From Candidatus Freyarchaeum deiterrae (GTDB lineage: Archaea > Asgardarchaeota > Jordiarchaeia > Jordiarchaeales > Jordiarchaeaceae): 64,000 nucleotides of DNA. A program made the translations under genes and the position numbers. The notes beneath the pieces are model-generated. The model searched no databases. It saw nothing but the letters and a program-made list of their open reading frames with translations, and was not told the origin of the DNA. Positions 63,536-64,000 of the stretch are shown here, in pieces. Numbering within the stretch: the stretch's first letter is position 1; the number at the start of each line of letters is the position of its first letter. The stretch spans positions 3,424,001 through 3,488,000 of the forward strand of contig CP147778.1 in the NCBI GenBank assembly GCA_037305845.1, written 5' to 3'.

Positions 63536-64000
63536 ATGAAAACCATTACTGAAAAAGAATTGAAAGAGAGAGAGAAACCAGTTTCCGAGGAAGAATCGGA
63601 ACAAAGTGAACAGATACTTCCAAGAATCGTGGAAAAGGCGAGAGAATACTTCGCAATCGCACCCGAAACCATTCTCAAACAGATTGCCATTATTCTCACG
63701 TTCTCAGTAATAATAACCATGTTCAAAGTTTACACCAGAACCCCTATGCAGTTGCCCGGACATGACGGAATATGGATCCTTCCCATGTTCATTGTACCAA
63801 GAGTTATGTCGGACAAGCGATTACTTGGAGGCTACGGGAGCACCTCAGCGATAGGACTCCTGTCAGGCTACATGATGGGCACTATGGGAGCCGCAGGAGG
63901 AGTAGGCATGGCCGTCATACACTATACGCTCATAGGTTTCCTTATAGACACACTACCCGTTTCAACCCTCAGCAGTAGGGGCGGCGTCCTAGTGTGCGGA
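63536..64000 (+). CDS. Membrane protein, probable ECF S-component-like (runs off window)
   Basis: Manual translation: MKTITEKE...TPMQLPGHDGIWILPMF...GSTSAIGLLSG; open to the window end. Confidence 0.6.
   Translation, partial: MKTITEKELKEREKPVSEEESEQSEQILPRIVEKAREYFAIAPETILKQIAIILTFSVIITMFKVYTRTPMQLPGHDGIWILPMFIVPRVMSDKRLLGGYGSTSAIGLLSGYMMGTMGAAGGVGMAVIHYTLIGFLIDTLPVSTLSSRGGVLVCG

Overview
Archaeal chromosomal window, inferred from TATA-like TTTATA promoters, an archaeal protein-disulfide oxidoreductase, an AF2212/PIN toxin-antitoxin pair, a RAD55/GvpD-like ATPase and many zinc ribbons. The roadblock/profilin-like proteins and expanded orphan membrane families suggest an Asgard lineage (Freyarchaeia/Jordarchaeia-like), but this cannot be proven from the window. 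I recognised no rRNA, tRNA or CRISPR array. About 55 CDS cover transport (two APC permeases, ArsB, ZnuC/B-type, ECF-like), redox and metabolism, and surface proteins. The most unusual parts are: (i) 19-27 kb, seven paralogous small membrane proteins with constant ends and a hypervariable middle, a shared promoter cassette, an inverted duplication and two proteases inside the array; (ii) 41.6-44.5 kb, two tandem roadblock/profilin-like + 7TM modules converging on a PH-like/zinc-ribbon protein with a PSAP motif; (iii) 47-54 kb, two PrsW paralogs, a GC-rich highly structured non-coding element, and a tyrosine recombinase segment bounded by ~190-bp inverted repeats; (iv) an AT-rich HEPN-like gene, a TA pair and an LpxL-family acyltransferase. 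All family assignments are motif recognition by eye, with no database searches.
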